In this document: positions 22,401 through 36,575 of the stretch, in pieces | Numbering within the stretch: the stretch's first letter is position 1 | How the letters are laid out: each line of letters opens with the position of its first letter | Source: Paragordius varius | Taxonomy: Eukaryota > Animalia > Nematomorpha | DNA: 64,000 bases | Assembly (NCBI GenBank): GCA_964247055.1 | Contig: OZ176056.1 | Coordinates: 62,001 to 126,000 of the forward strand | Direction: 5' to 3' | Program-made: the position numbers and the translations under genes | Notes under the pieces: generated by a model | Told to the model about the DNA's origin: nothing | The model's input: only the letters and a program-made list of their open reading frames with translations | Database searches by the model: none

Positions 22401-25400
22401 AAAATGGCTACCTAAAATCCAAATTTGATCAGGTGATGTGACCATAATTTTTTTTGGGTAGCCCTATGGTAGTTCCATCATCACCCCAAATATTTTCGAG
22501 ATCGGAGTATAAATGTAATTTTTATGAATTTTTTAAATATTTAAAAAATTTATTTTATACGATTTTAAAAATAAAAATGGCTACCTAAAATCCAAATTTG
22601 ATCAGGCGATGTCACCATAATTTTTTTTGGGTAGCCCTATGGTAGTTCCATCATCACCCCAAATATTTTCGAGATCGGAGTATAAATGTAATTTTTATGA
22701 ATTTTTTAAATATTTAAAAAATTTATTTTATACGATTTTAAAAATAAAAATGGCTACCTAAAATCCAAATTTGATCAGGTGATGTCACTATAATTTTTTT
22801 GGGTAGCCCTATGGTAGTTCCATCATTACCCCAAATATTTTGGGGATCGGACTATAAATGTAATTTTTATGAATTTTTAAAATATTTAAAAAATTTATTT
22901 TATACGATTTTTAAAATAAAAATGGCTACCTAAAATCCAAATTTGATCAGGTGATGTCACCATAATTTTTTTTGGGTAGCCCTATGGTAGTTTTATTATC
23001 ACCCCAAATATTTTCGAGATCGGAGTATAAATGTAATTTTTATGAATTTTTTAAATATTTAAAAAATTTATTTTATACGATTTTAAAAATAAAAATGGCT
23101 ACCTAAAATCCAAATTTGATCAGGTGATGTCGCCATAATTTTTTTTGGGTAGCCCTATGGTAGTTCCATCATCACCTCAAATATTGTCGAGATCGGAGTA
23201 TAAATGTATTTTTTATGAATTTTTTAAATATTTAAAAAATTTATTTAATACGATTTTAAAAATAAAAACGGCTACCTAAAATCCAAATTTGATCAGGTGA
23301 TGTCGCCATAATTTTTTTTGCGTAGCCCTATGGTAGTTCTATCATCACCCCAAATATTTTAAGGATCGGACTATAAATGTAATTTTTATGATTTTTTTAA
23401 ATATTTAAAAAATTTATTTTATACGATTTTAAAAATAAAAATGGCTACCTAAAATCCAAATTTGATCAGGTGATGTCACCATAATTTTTTTTGGGTAGCC
23501 CTATGGTAGTTCCATCATCACCCCAAATATTTTCGAGATCGGAGTATAAATGTAATTTTTATGAATTTTTTAAATATTTAAAAAATTTATTTTATACGAT
23601 TTTAAAAATAAAAATGGCTACCTAAAATCCAAATTTGATCAGGTGATGTCACCATAATTTTTTTTGGGTAGCCCTATGGTAGTTCCATCATCATCCCAAA
23701 TATTTTCGAGATCGGAGTATAAATGTAATTTTTATGAATTTTTTAAATATTTAAAAAATTTATTTTATACGATTTTAAAAATAAAAATGGCTACCTAAAA
23801 TCCAAATTTGATCAGGTGATGTCACTATAATTTTTTTTGGGTAGCCCTATGGTAGTTCCATCATCACCCCAAATATTTTCGGGATCGGACTATAAATGTA
23901 ATTTTTATGAATTTTTTAAATATTTAAAAAATTTGTTTTATACGATTTTAAAAATAAAAATGGCTACCTAAAATCCAAATTTGATCAGGTGATGTCACCA
24001 TAATTTTTTTTGGGTAGCCCTATGGTAGTTCCATTATCACCCCAAATATTTTCGAGATCGGAGTATAAATGTAATTTTTATGAATTTTTTAAATATTTAA
24101 AAAATTTATTTTATACGATTTTAAAAATAAAAATGGCTACCTAAAATCCAAATTTGATCAGGTGATGTCGCCATAATTTTTTTTGGGTAGCCTTATGGTA
24201 GTTCCATCATCACCCCAAATATTTTGGGGATCGGACTATAAATGTAATTTTTATGAATTTTTTAAATATTTAAAAAATTTATTTTATACGATTTTAAAAA
24301 TAAAAATGGCTACCTAAAATCCAAATTTGATCAGGTGATGTCACCATAATTTTTTTTGGGTAGCCCTATGGTAGTTCCATCATCACCCCAAATATTTTCG
24401 AGATCGGAGTATAAATGTAATTTTTATGAATTTTTTAAATATTTAAAAAATTTATTTTATACGATTTTAAAAATAAAAATGGCTACCTAAAATCCAAATT
24501 TGATCAGGCGATGTCATAAAATTTTTTTGGGTAGCCCTATGGTAGTTCCATCATCACCCCAAATATTTTCGAGATCGGAGTATAAATGTAATTTTTATGA
24601 ATTTTTTAAATATTTAAAAAATTTATTTTATACGATTTTAAAAATAAAAATGGCTACCTAAAATCCAAATTTGATCAGGTGATGTCACCATAATTTTTTT
24701 TGGGTAGCCCTATGGTAGTTCCATCATCACCCCAAATATTGTCGAGATCGGAGTATAAATGTAATTTTTTTGAATTTTTTAAATATTTAAAAAATTTATT
24801 TAATACGATTTTAAAAATAAAAATGGCTACCTAAAATCCAAATTTGATCAGGTGATGTCACCATAATTTTTTTTGGGTAGCCCTATGGTAGTTCCATTAT
24901 CACCCCAAATATTTTCGAGATCGGAGTATAAATGTAATTTTTATGAATTTTTTAAATATTTAAAAAATTTATTTTATACGATTTTAAAAATAAAAATGGC
25001 TACCTAAAATCCAAATTTGATCAGGTGATGTCACCATAATTTTTTTTGGGTAGCCCTATGGTAGTTCCATCATCACCCCAAATATTTTCGAGATCGGAGT
25101 ATAAATGTAATTTTTATGAATTTTTTAAATATTTAAAAAATTTATTTTATACGATTTTAAAAATAAAAATGGCTACCTAAAATCCAAATTTGATCAGGCG
25201 ATGTCACCATAATTTTTTTTGGGTAGCCCTATGGTAGTTCCATCATCACCCCAAATATTTTCGAGATCGGACTATAAATGTAATTTTTATGAATTTTTTA
25301 AATATTTAAAAAATTTATTTTATACGATTTTAAAAATAAAAATGGCTACCTAAAATGCATATTTGATCAGGTGATGTCACTATAATTTTTTTGGGTAGCC

Positions 25401-28279
25401 CTATGGTAGTTCCATCATTACCCCAAATATTTTGGGGATCGGACTATAAATGTAATTTTTATGAATTTTTAAAATATTTAAAAAATTTATTTTATACGAT
25501 TTTTAAAATAAAAATGGCTACCTAAAATCCAAATTTGATCAGGTGATGTCACCATAATTTTTTTTGGGTAGCCCTATGGTAGTTCCATCATCACCCCAAA
25601 TATTTTCGAGATCGGAGTATAAATGTAATTTTTATGAATTTTTTAAATATTTAAAAAATTTATTTTATACGATTTTAAAAATAAAAATGGCTACCTAAAA
25701 TCCAAATTTGATCAGGTGATGTCGCCATAATTTTTTTTGGGTAGTCCTATGGTAGTTCCATCATCAAACCAAATATTTTGGGGATCGGACTATAAATGTA
25801 ATTTTTATGAATTTTTTAAATATTTAAAAAATTTATTTTATACGATTTTAAAAATAAAAATGGCTACCAAAAATCCAAATTTGATCAGGTGATGTCACCA
25901 TATTTTTTTTGGGTAGCTCTATGGTAGTTCCATCATCACCCCAAATATTTTCGAGATCGGAGTATAAATGTAATTTTTATGAATTTTTTAAATATTTAAA
26001 AAATTTATTTTATACGATTTTAAAAATAAAAATGGCTACCTAAAATCCAAATTTGATCAGGCGATGTCACCATAATTTTTTTGGGTAGCCCTATGGTAGG
26101 TCCATCATCACCCCAAATATTTTCGAGATCGGAGTATAAATGTAATTTTTATGAATTTTTTAAATATTTAAAAAATTTATTTTATACGATTTTAAAAATA
26201 AAAATGGCTACCTAAAATCCAAATTTGATCAGGTGATGTCACCATAATTTTTTTTGGGTAGCCCTATGGTAGTTCCATCATCACCCCAAATATTGTCGAG
26301 ATCGGAGTATAAATGTAATTTTTTTGAATTTTTTAAATATTTAAAAAATTTATTTAATACGATTTTAAAAATAAAAATGGCTACCTAAAATCCAAATTTG
26401 ATCAGGTGATGTCACCATAATTTTTTTTGGGTAGCCCTATGGTAGTTCCATTATCACCCCAAATATTTTCGAGATCGGAGTATAAATGTAATTTTTATGA
26501 ATTTTTTAAATATTTAAAAAATTTATTTTATACGATTTTAAAAATAAAAATGGCTACCTAAAATCCAAATTTGATCAGTTGATGTCGCCATAATTTTTTT
26601 TGGGTAGCCCTATGGTAGTTCCATCATCACCCCAAATATTTTGGGGATCGGACTATAAATGTAATTTTTATGAATTTTTTAAATATTTAAAAAATTTATT
26701 TTATACGATTTTAAAAATAAAAATGGCTACCTAAAATCCAAATTTGATCAGGTGATGTCACCATAATTTTTTTTGGGTTGCCCTATGGTAGTTCCATCAT
26801 CACCCCAAATATTGTCGAGATCGGAGTATAAATGTAATTTTTTTGAATTTTTTAAATATTTAAAAAATTTATTTTATACGATTTTAAAAATAAAAATGGC
26901 TACCTAAAATCCAAATTTGATCAGGTGATGTCACCATAATTTTTTTTGGGTAGCCCTATGGTAGTTCCATTATCACCCCAAATATTTTCGAGATCGGAGT
27001 ATAAATGTAATTTTTATGAATTTTTTAAATATTTAAAAAATTTATTTTATACGATTTTAAAAATAAAAATGGCTACCTAAAATCCAAATTTGATCAGGCG
27101 ATGTCACCATAATTTTTTTTGGGTAGCCCTATGGTAGTTCCATCATCACCCCAAATATTTTCGAGATCGGAGTATAAATGTAATTTTTATGAATTTTTTA
27201 AATATTTAAAAAATTTATTTTATACGATTTTAAAAATAAAAATGGCTACCTAAAATCCAAATTTGATCAGGTGATGTCACTATAATTTTTTTGGGTAGCC
27301 CTATGGTAGTTCCATCATTACCCCAAATATTTTGGGGATCGGACTATAAATGTAATTTTTATGAATTTTTAAAATATTTAAAAAATTTATTTTATACGAT
27401 TTTTAAAATAAAAATGGCTACCTAAAATCCAAATTTGATCAGGTGATGTCACCATAATTTTTTTTGGGTAGCCCTATGGTAGTTCCATCATCACCCCAAA
27501 TATTTTCGAGATCGGAGTATAAATGTAATTTTTATGAATTTTTTAAATATTTAAAAAATTTATTTTATACGATTTTAAAAATAAAAATGGCTACCTAAAA
27601 TCCAAATTTGATCAGGCGATGTCACCATAATTTTTTTTGGGTAGCCCTATGGTAGTTCCATCATCACGCCAAATATTTTCGAGATCGGAGTATAAATGTA
27701 ATTTTTATGAATTTTTTAAATATTTAAAAAATTTATTTTATACGATTTTAAAAATAAAAATGGCTACCTAAAATCCAAATTTGATCAGGCGATGTCACCA
27801 TAATTTTTTTGGGTAGCCCTATGGTAGTTCCATCATCACCCCAAATATTTTCGAGATCGGAGTATAAATGTAATTTTTATGAATTTTTTAAATATTTAAA
27901 AAATTTATTTTATACGATTTTAAAAATAAAAATGGCTACCTAAAATCCAAATTTGATCAGGTGATGTCACCATAATTTTTTTTGGGTAGCCCTATGGTAG
28001 TTCCATCATCACCCCAAATATTGTCGAGATCGGAGTATAAATGTGATTTTTTTGAATTTTTTAAATATTTAAAAAATTTATTTAATACGATTTTAAAAAT
28101 AAAAATGGCTACCTAAAATCCAAATTTGATCAGGTGATGTCACCATAATTTTTTTTGGGTAGCCCTATGGTAGTTCCATTATCACCCCAAATATTTTCGA
28201 GATCGGAGTATAAATGTAATTTTTATGAATTTTTTAAATATTTAAAAAATTTATTTTATACGATTTTAAAAATAAAAAT
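13410..28279 (+). repeat. Long segmental duplication within the array, copy 1 (about 14.9 kb, 86 monomers)
   Basis: Shares ordered rare markers with 38995-53687: a 5-bp deletion (CCAAATCAGG), CACCCGAAAT, GGGTGGCCC, CATCAACCC, CACCATGATT, the 10-bp duplication, GTGACC, GTAGTCCT, CAGTTGATG, CACGCC and GTGATTT. Confidence 0.9.
14961..18764 (+). repeat. Tandem duplication of an 11-monomer unit (period 1902 bp)
   Basis: Markers ATAATATTT, CTACATAA/GTAACC, TTTGTTTAAT, TTATAAATT and GCTCTAT repeat at +1902 (11x173-1). One difference is visible, at about 17323. Confidence 0.92.
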
Positions 28280-31200
28280 GGCTACCTAAAATCCAAATTT
28301 GATCAGGTGATGTCACCATAATTTTTTTTGGGTAGCCCTATGGTAGTTCCATCATCACCCCAAATATTGTCGAGATCGGAGTATAAATGTAATTTTTTTG
28401 AATTTTTTAAATATTTAAAAAATTTATTTAATACGATTTTAAAAATAAAAATGGCTACCTAAAATCCAAATTTGATCAGGTGATGTCACCATAATTTTTT
28501 TTGGGTAGCCCTATGGTAGTTCCATTATCACCCCAAATATTTTCGAGATCGGAGTATAAATGTAATTTTTATGAATTTTTTAAATATTTAAAAAATTTAT
28601 TTTATACGATTTTAAAAATAAAAATGGCTACCTAAAATCCAAATTTGATCAGGTGATGTCACCATAATTTTTTTTGGGTAGCCCTATGGTAGTTCCATCA
28701 TCACCCCAAATATTTTCGAGATCGGAGTATAAATGTAATTTTTATGAATTTTTTAAATATTTAAAAAATTTATTTTATACGATTTTAAAAATAAAAATGG
28801 CTACCTAAAATCCAAATTTGATCAGGCGATGTCACCATAATTTTTTTTGGGTAGCCCTATGGTAGTTCCATCATCACCCCAAATATTTTCGAGATCGGAC
28901 TATAAATGTAATTTTTATGAATTTTTTAAATATTTAAAAAATTTATTTTATACGATTTTAAAAATAAAAATGGCTACCTAAAATGCATATTTGATCAGGT
29001 GATGTCACTATAATTTTTTTGGGTAGCCCTATGGTAGTTCCATCATTACCCCAAATATTTTGGGGATCGGACTATAAATGTAATTTTTATGAATTTTTAA
29101 AATATTTAAAAAATTTATTTTATACGATTTTTAAAATAAAAATGGCTACCTAAAATCCAAATTTGATCAGGTGATGTCACCATAATTTTTTTTGGGTAGC
29201 CCTATGGTAGTTCCATCATCACCCCAAATATTTTCGAGATCGGAGTATAAATGTAATTTTTATGAATTTTTTAAATATTTAAAAAATTTATTTTATACGA
29301 TTTTAAAAATAAAAATGGCTACCTAAAATCCAAATTTGATCAGGTGATGTCGCCATAATTTTTTTTGGGTAGTCCTATGGTAGTTCCATCATCAAACCAA
29401 ATATTTTGGGGATCGGACTATAAATGTAATTTTTATGAATTTTTTAAATATTTAAAAAATTTATTTTATACGATTTTAAAAATAAAAATGGCTACCAAAA
29501 ATCCAAATTTGATCAGGTGATGTCACCATATTTTTTTTTGGGTAGCTCTATGGTAGTTCCATCATCACCCCAAATATTTTCGAGATCGGAGTATAAATGT
29601 AATTTTTATGAATTTTTTAAATATTTAAAAAATTTATTTTATACGATTTTAAAAATAAAAATGGCTACCTAAAATCCAAATTTGATCAGGCGATGTCACC
29701 ATAATTTTTTTGGGTAGCCCTATGGTAGGTCCATCATCACCCCAAATATTTTCGAGATCGGAGTATAAATGTAATTTTTATGAATTTTTTAAATATTTAA
29801 AAAATTTATTTTATACGATTTTAAAAATAAAAATGGCTACCTAAAATCCAAATTTGATCAGGTGATGTCACCATAATTTTTTTTGGGTAGCCCTATGGTA
29901 GTTCCATCATCACCCCAAATATTGTCGAGATCGGAGTATAAATGTAATTTTTTTGAATTTTTTAAATATTTAAAAAATTTATTTAATACGATTTTAAAAA
30001 TAAAAATGGCTACCTAAAATCCAAATTTGATCAGGTGATGTCACCATAATTTTTTTTGGGTAGCCCTATGGTAGTTCCATTATCACCCCAAATATTTTCG
30101 AGATCGGAGTATAAATGTAATTTTTATGAATTTTTTAAATATTTAAAAAATTTATTTTATACGATTTTAAAAATAAAAATGGCTACCTAAAATCCAAATT
30201 TGATCAGTTGATGTCGCCATAATTTTTTTTGGGTAGCCCTATGGTAGTTCCATCATCACCCCAAATATTTTGGGGATCGGACTATAAATGTAATTTTTAT
30301 GAATTTTTTAAATATTTAAAAAATTTATTTTATACGATTTTAAAAATAAAAATGGCTACCTAAAATCCAAATTTGATCAGGTGATGTCACCATAATTTTT
30401 TTTGGGTTGCCCTATGGTAGTTCCATCATCACCCCAAATATTGTCGAGATCGGAGTATAAATGTAATTTTTTTGAATTTTTTAAATATTTAAAAAATTTA
30501 TTTTATACGATTTTAAAAATAAAAATGGCTACCTAAAATCCAAATTTGATCAGGTGATGTCACCATAATTTTTTTTGGGTAGCCCTATGGTAGTTCCATT
30601 ATCACCCCAAATATTTTCGAGATCGGAGTATAAATGTAATTTTTATGAATTTTTTAAATATTTAAAAAATTTATTTTATACGATTTTAAAAATAAAAATG
30701 GCTACCTAAAATCCAAATTTGATCAGGCGATGTCACCATAATTTTTTTTGGGTAGCCCTATGGTAGTTCCATCATCACCCCAAATATTTTCGAGATCGGA
30801 GTATAAATGTAATTTTTATGAATTTTTTAAATATTTAAAAAATTTATTTTATACGATTTTAAAAATAAAAATGGCTACCTAAAATCCAAATTTGATCAGG
30901 TGATGTCACTATAATTTTTTTGGGTAGCCCTATGGTAGTTCCATCATTACCCCAAATATTTTGGGGATCGGACTATAAATGTAATTTTTATGAATTTTTA
31001 AAATATTTAAAAAATTTATTTTATACGATTTTTAAAATAAAAATGGCTACCTAAAATCCAAATTTGATCAGGTGATGTCACCATAATTTTTTTTGGGTAG
31101 CCCTATGGTAGTTCCATCATCACCCCAAATATTTTCGAGATCGGAGTATAAATGTAATTTTTATGAATTTTTTAAATATTTAAAAAATTTATTTTATACG

Positions 31201-34200
31201 ATTTTAAAAATAAAAATGGCTACCTAAAATCCAAATTTGATCAGGCGATGTCACCATAATTTTTTTTGGGTAGCCCTATGGTAGTTCCATCATCACGCCA
31301 AATATTTTCGAGATCGGAGTATAAATGTAATTTTTATGAATTTTTTAAATATTTAAAAAATTTATTTTATACGATTTTAAAAATAAAAATGGCTACCTAA
31401 AATCCAAATTTGATCAGGCGATGTCACCATAATTTTTTTGGGTAGCCCTATGGTAGTTCCATCATCACCCCAAATATTTTCGAGATCGGAGTATAAATGT
31501 AATTTTTATGAATTTTTTAAATATTTAAAAAATTTATTTTATACGATTTTAAAAATAAAAATGGCTACCTAAAATCCAAATTTGATCAGGTGATGTCACC
31601 ATAATTTTTTTTGGGTAGCCCTATGGTAGTTCCATCATCACCCCAAATATTGTCGAGATCGGAGTATAAATGTGATTTTTTTGAATTTTTTAAATATTTA
31701 AAAAATTTATTTAATACGATTTTAAAAATAAAAATGGCTACCTAAAATCCAAATTTGATCAGGTGATGTCACCATAATTTTTTTTGGGTAGCCCTATGGT
31801 AGTTCCATTATCACCCCAAATATTTTCGAGATCGGAGTATAAATGTAATTTTTATGAATTTTTTAAATATTTAAAAAATTTATTTTATACGATTTTAAAA
31901 ATAAAAATGGCTACCTAAAATCCAAATTTGATCAGGTGATGTCACCATAATTTTTTTTGGGTAGCCCTATGGTAGTTCCATCATCATCCCAAATATTTTC
32001 GAGATCGGAGTATAAATGTAATTTTTATGAATTTTTTAAATATTTAAAAAATTTATTTAATACGATTTTAAAAATAAAAATGGCTACCTAAAATCCAAAT
32101 TTGATCAGGTGATGTCGCCATAATTTTTTTTGCGTAGCCCTATGGTAGTTCTATCATCACCCCAAATATTTTAAGGATCGGACTATAAATGTAATTTTTA
32201 TGATTTTTTTAAATATTTAAAAAATTTATTTTATACGATTTTAAAAATAAAAATGGCTACCTAAAATCCAAATTTGATCAGGTGATGTCACCATAATTTT
32301 TTTTGGGTAGCCCTATGGTAGTTCCATCATCACCCCAAATATTTTCGAGATCGGAGTATAAATGTAATTTTTATGAATTTTTTAAATATTGAAAAAATTT
32401 ATTTTATACGATTTTAAAAATAAAAATGGCTACCTAAAATCCAAATTTGATCAGGTGATGTCACCATAATTTTTTTTGGGTAGCCCTATGGTAGTTCCAT
32501 CATCATCCCAAATATTTTCGAGATCGGAGTATAAATGTAATTTTTATGAATTTTTTAAATATTTAAAAAATTTATTTTATACGATTTTAAAAATAAAAAT
32601 GGCTACCTAAAATGCATATTTGATCAGGTGATGTCACTATAATTTTTTTGGGTAGCCCTATGGTAGTTCCATCATTACCCCAAATATTTTGGGGATCGGA
32701 CTATAAATGTAATTTTTATGAATTTTTAAAATATTTAAAAAATTTATTTTATACGATTTTTAAAATAAAAATGGCTACCTAAAATCCAAATTTGATCAGG
32801 TGATGTCACCATAATTTTTTTTGGGTAGCCCTATGGTAGTTCCATCATCACCCCAAATATTTTCGAGATCGGAGTATAAATGTAATTTTTATGAATTTTT
32901 TAAATATTTAAAAAATTTATTTTATACGATTTTAAAAATAAAAATGGCTACCTAAAATCCAAATTTGATCAGGTGATGTCGCCATAATTTTTTTTGGGTA
33001 GTCCTATGGTAGTTCCATCATCAAACCAAATATTTTGGGGATCGGACTATAAATGTAATTTTTATGAATTTTTTAAATATTTAAAAAATTTATTTTATAC
33101 GATTTTAAAAATAAAAATGGCTACCAAAAATCCAAATTTGATCAGGTGATGTCACCATATTTTTTTTTGGGTAGCTCTATGGTAGTTCCATCATCACCCC
33201 AAATATTTTCGAGATCGGAGTATAAATGTAATTTTTATGAATTTTTTAAATATTTAAAAAATTTATTTTATACGATTTTAAAAATAAAAATGGCTACCTA
33301 AAATCCAAATTTGATCAGGCGATGTCACCATAATTTTTTTGGGTAGCCCTATGGTAGGTCCATCATCACCCCAAATATTTTCGAGATCGGAGTATAAATG
33401 TAATTTTTATGAATTTTTTAAATATTTAAAAAATTTATTTTATACGATTTTAAAAATAAAAATGGCTACCTAAAATCCAAATTTGATCAGGTGATGTCAC
33501 CATAATTTTTTTTGGGTAGCCCTATGGTAGTTCCATCATCACCCCAAATATTGTCGAGATCGGAGTATAAATGTAATTTTTTTGAATTTTTTAAATATTT
33601 AAAAAATTTATTTAATACGATTTTAAAAATAAAAATGGCTACCTAAAATCCAAATTTGATCAGGTGATGTCACCATAATTTTTTTTGGGTAGCCCTATGG
33701 TAGTTCCATTATCACCCCAAATATTTTCGAGATCGGAGTATAAATGTAATTTTTATGAATTTTTTAAATATTTAAAAAATTTATTTTATACGATTTTAAA
33801 AATAAAAATGGCTACCTAAAATCCAAATTTGATCAGTTGATGTCGCCATAATTTTTTTTGGGTAGCCCTATGGTAGTTCCATCATCACCCCAAATATTTT
33901 GGGGATCGGACTATAAATGTAATTTTTATGAATTTTTTAAATATTTAAAAAATTTATTTTATACGATTTTAAAAATAAAAATGGCTACCTAAAATCCAAA
34001 TTTGATCAGGTGATGTCACCATAATTTTTTTTGGGTTGCCCTATGGTAGTTCCATCATCACCCCAAATATTGTCGAGATCGGAGTATAAATGTAATTTTT
34101 TTGAATTTTTTAAATATTTAAAAAATTTATTTTATACGATTTTAAAAATAAAAATGGCTACCTAAAATCCAAATTTGATCAGGTGATGTCACCATAATTT

Positions 34201-36229
34201 TTTTTGGGTAGCCCTATGGTAGTTCCATTATCACCCCAAATATTTTCGAGATCGGAGTATAAATGTAATTTTTATGAATTTTTTAAATATTTAAAAAATT
34301 TATTTTATACGATTTTAAAAATAAAAATGGCTACCTAAAATCCAAATTTGATCAGGCGATGTCACCATAATTTTTTTTGGGTAGCCCTATGGTAGTTCCA
34401 TCATCACCCCAAATATTTTCGAGATCGGAGTATAAATGTAATTTTTATGAATTTTTTAAATATTTAAAAAATTTATTTTATACGATTTTAAAAATAAAAA
34501 TGGCTACCTAAAATCCAAATTTGATCAGGTGATGTCACTATAATTTTTTTGGGTAGCCCTATGGTAGTTCCATCATTACCCCAAATATTTTGGGGATCGG
34601 ACTATAAATGTAATTTTTATGAATTTTTAAAATATTTAAAAAATTTATTTTATACGATTTTTAAAATAAAAATGGCTACCTAAAATCCAAATTTGATCAG
34701 GTGATGTCACCATAATTTTTTTTGGGTAGCCCTATGGTAGTTCCATCATCACCCCAAATATTTTCGAGATCGGAGTATAAATGTAATTTTTATGAATTTT
34801 TTAAATATTTAAAAAATTTATTTTATACGATTTTAAAAATAAAAATGGCTACCTAAAATCCAAATTTGATCAGGCGATGTCACCATAATTTTTTTTGGGT
34901 AGCCCTATGGTAGTTCCATCATCACGCCAAATATTTTCGAGATCGGAGTATAAATGTAATTTTTATGAATTTTTTAAATATTTAAAAAATTTATTTTATA
35001 CGATTTTAAAAATAAAAATGGCTACCTAAAATCCAAATTTGATCAGGCGATGTCACCATAATTTTTTTGGGTAGCCCTATGGTAGTTCCATCATCACCCC
35101 AAATATTTTCGAGATCGGAGTATAAATGTAATTTTTATGAATTTTTTAAATATTTAAAAAATTTATTTTATACGATTTTAAAAATAAAAATGGCTACCTA
35201 AAATCCAAATTTGATCAGGTGATGTCACCATAATTTTTTTTGGGTAGCCCTATGGTAGTTCCATCATCACCCCAAATATTGTCGAGATCGGAGTATAAAT
35301 GTGATTTTTTTGAATTTTTTAAATATTTAAAAAATTTATTTAATACGATTTTAAAAATAAAAATGGCTACCTAAAATCCAAATTTGATCAGGTGATGTCA
35401 CCATAATTTTTTTTGGGTAGCCCTATGGTAGTTCCATTATCACCCCAAATATTTTCGAGATCGGAGTATAAATGTAATTTTTATGAATTTTTTAAATATT
35501 TAAAAAATTTATTTTATACGATTTTAAAAATAAAAATGGCTACCTAAAATCCAAATTTGATCAGGTGATGTCACCATAATTTTTTTTGGGTAGCCCTATG
35601 GTAGTTCCATCATCATCCCAAATATTTTCGAGATCGGAGTATAAATGTAATTTTTATGAATTTTTTAAATATTTAAAAAATTTATTTAATACGATTTTAA
35701 AAATAAAAATGGCTACCTAAAATCCAAATTTGATCAGGTGATGTCGCCATAATTTTTTTTGCGTAGCCCTATGGTAGTTCTATCATCACCCCAAATATTT
35801 TAAGGATCGGACTATAAATGTAATTTTTATGATTTTTTTAAATATTTAAAAAATTTATTTTATACGATTTTAAAAATAAAAATGGCTACCTAAAATCCAA
35901 ATTTGATCAGGTGATGTCACCATAATTTTTTTTGGGTAGCCCTATGGTAGTTCCATCATCACCCCAAATATTTTCGAGATCGGAGTATAAATGTAATTTT
36001 TATGAATTTTTTAAATATTGAAAAAATTTATTTTATACGATTTTAAAAATAAAAATGGCTACCTAAAATCCAAATTTGATCAGGTGATGTCACCATAATT
36101 TTTTTTGGGTAGCCCTATGGTAGTTCCATCATCATCCCAAATATTTTCGAGATCGGAGTATAAATGTAATTTTTATGAATTTTTTAAATATTTAAAAAAT
36201 TTATTTTATACGATTTTAAAAATAAAAAT
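24652..36229 (+). repeat. 21-monomer higher-order repeat, about 3.2 tandem copies (period 3628/3629 bp)
   Basis: The ATGCAT variant lies at 25355, 28983 and 32612. CTACCAAAAA, GGTAGGTCC, CAGTTGATG, GGGTTGCCC, CACGCC and GTGATTT recur in register. Confidence 0.92.
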
Positions 36230-36575
36230 GGCTACCTAAAATCCAAATTTGATCAGGTGATGTCACCATAATTTTTTTTGGGTAGCCCTATGGTAGTTCC
36301 ATTATCACCCCAAATATTGTCGAGATCGGACTATAAATGTAATTTTTATGAATTTTTTAAATATTTAAAAAATTTATTTTATACGATTTTAAAAATAAAA
36401 ATGGCTACCTAAAATCCAAATTTGATCAGGTGATGTCACCATAATTTTTTTTGGGTAGCCCTATGGTAGTTCCATTATCACCCCAAATATTGTCGAGATC
36501 GGACTATAAATGTAATTTTTATGAATTTTTTAAATATTTAAAAAATTTATTTTATACGATTTTAAAAATAAAAAT

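Noticed and set aside
28972-36229. Whole array or exact tandem blocks being purely an assembly artefact
   Set aside because: Most duplicated blocks carry private SNPs and haplotype-linked indels, which argues for real copies. The apparently identical 3629-bp pair and the 1-2991/5731-8721 pair cannot be fully cleared without spanning reads.
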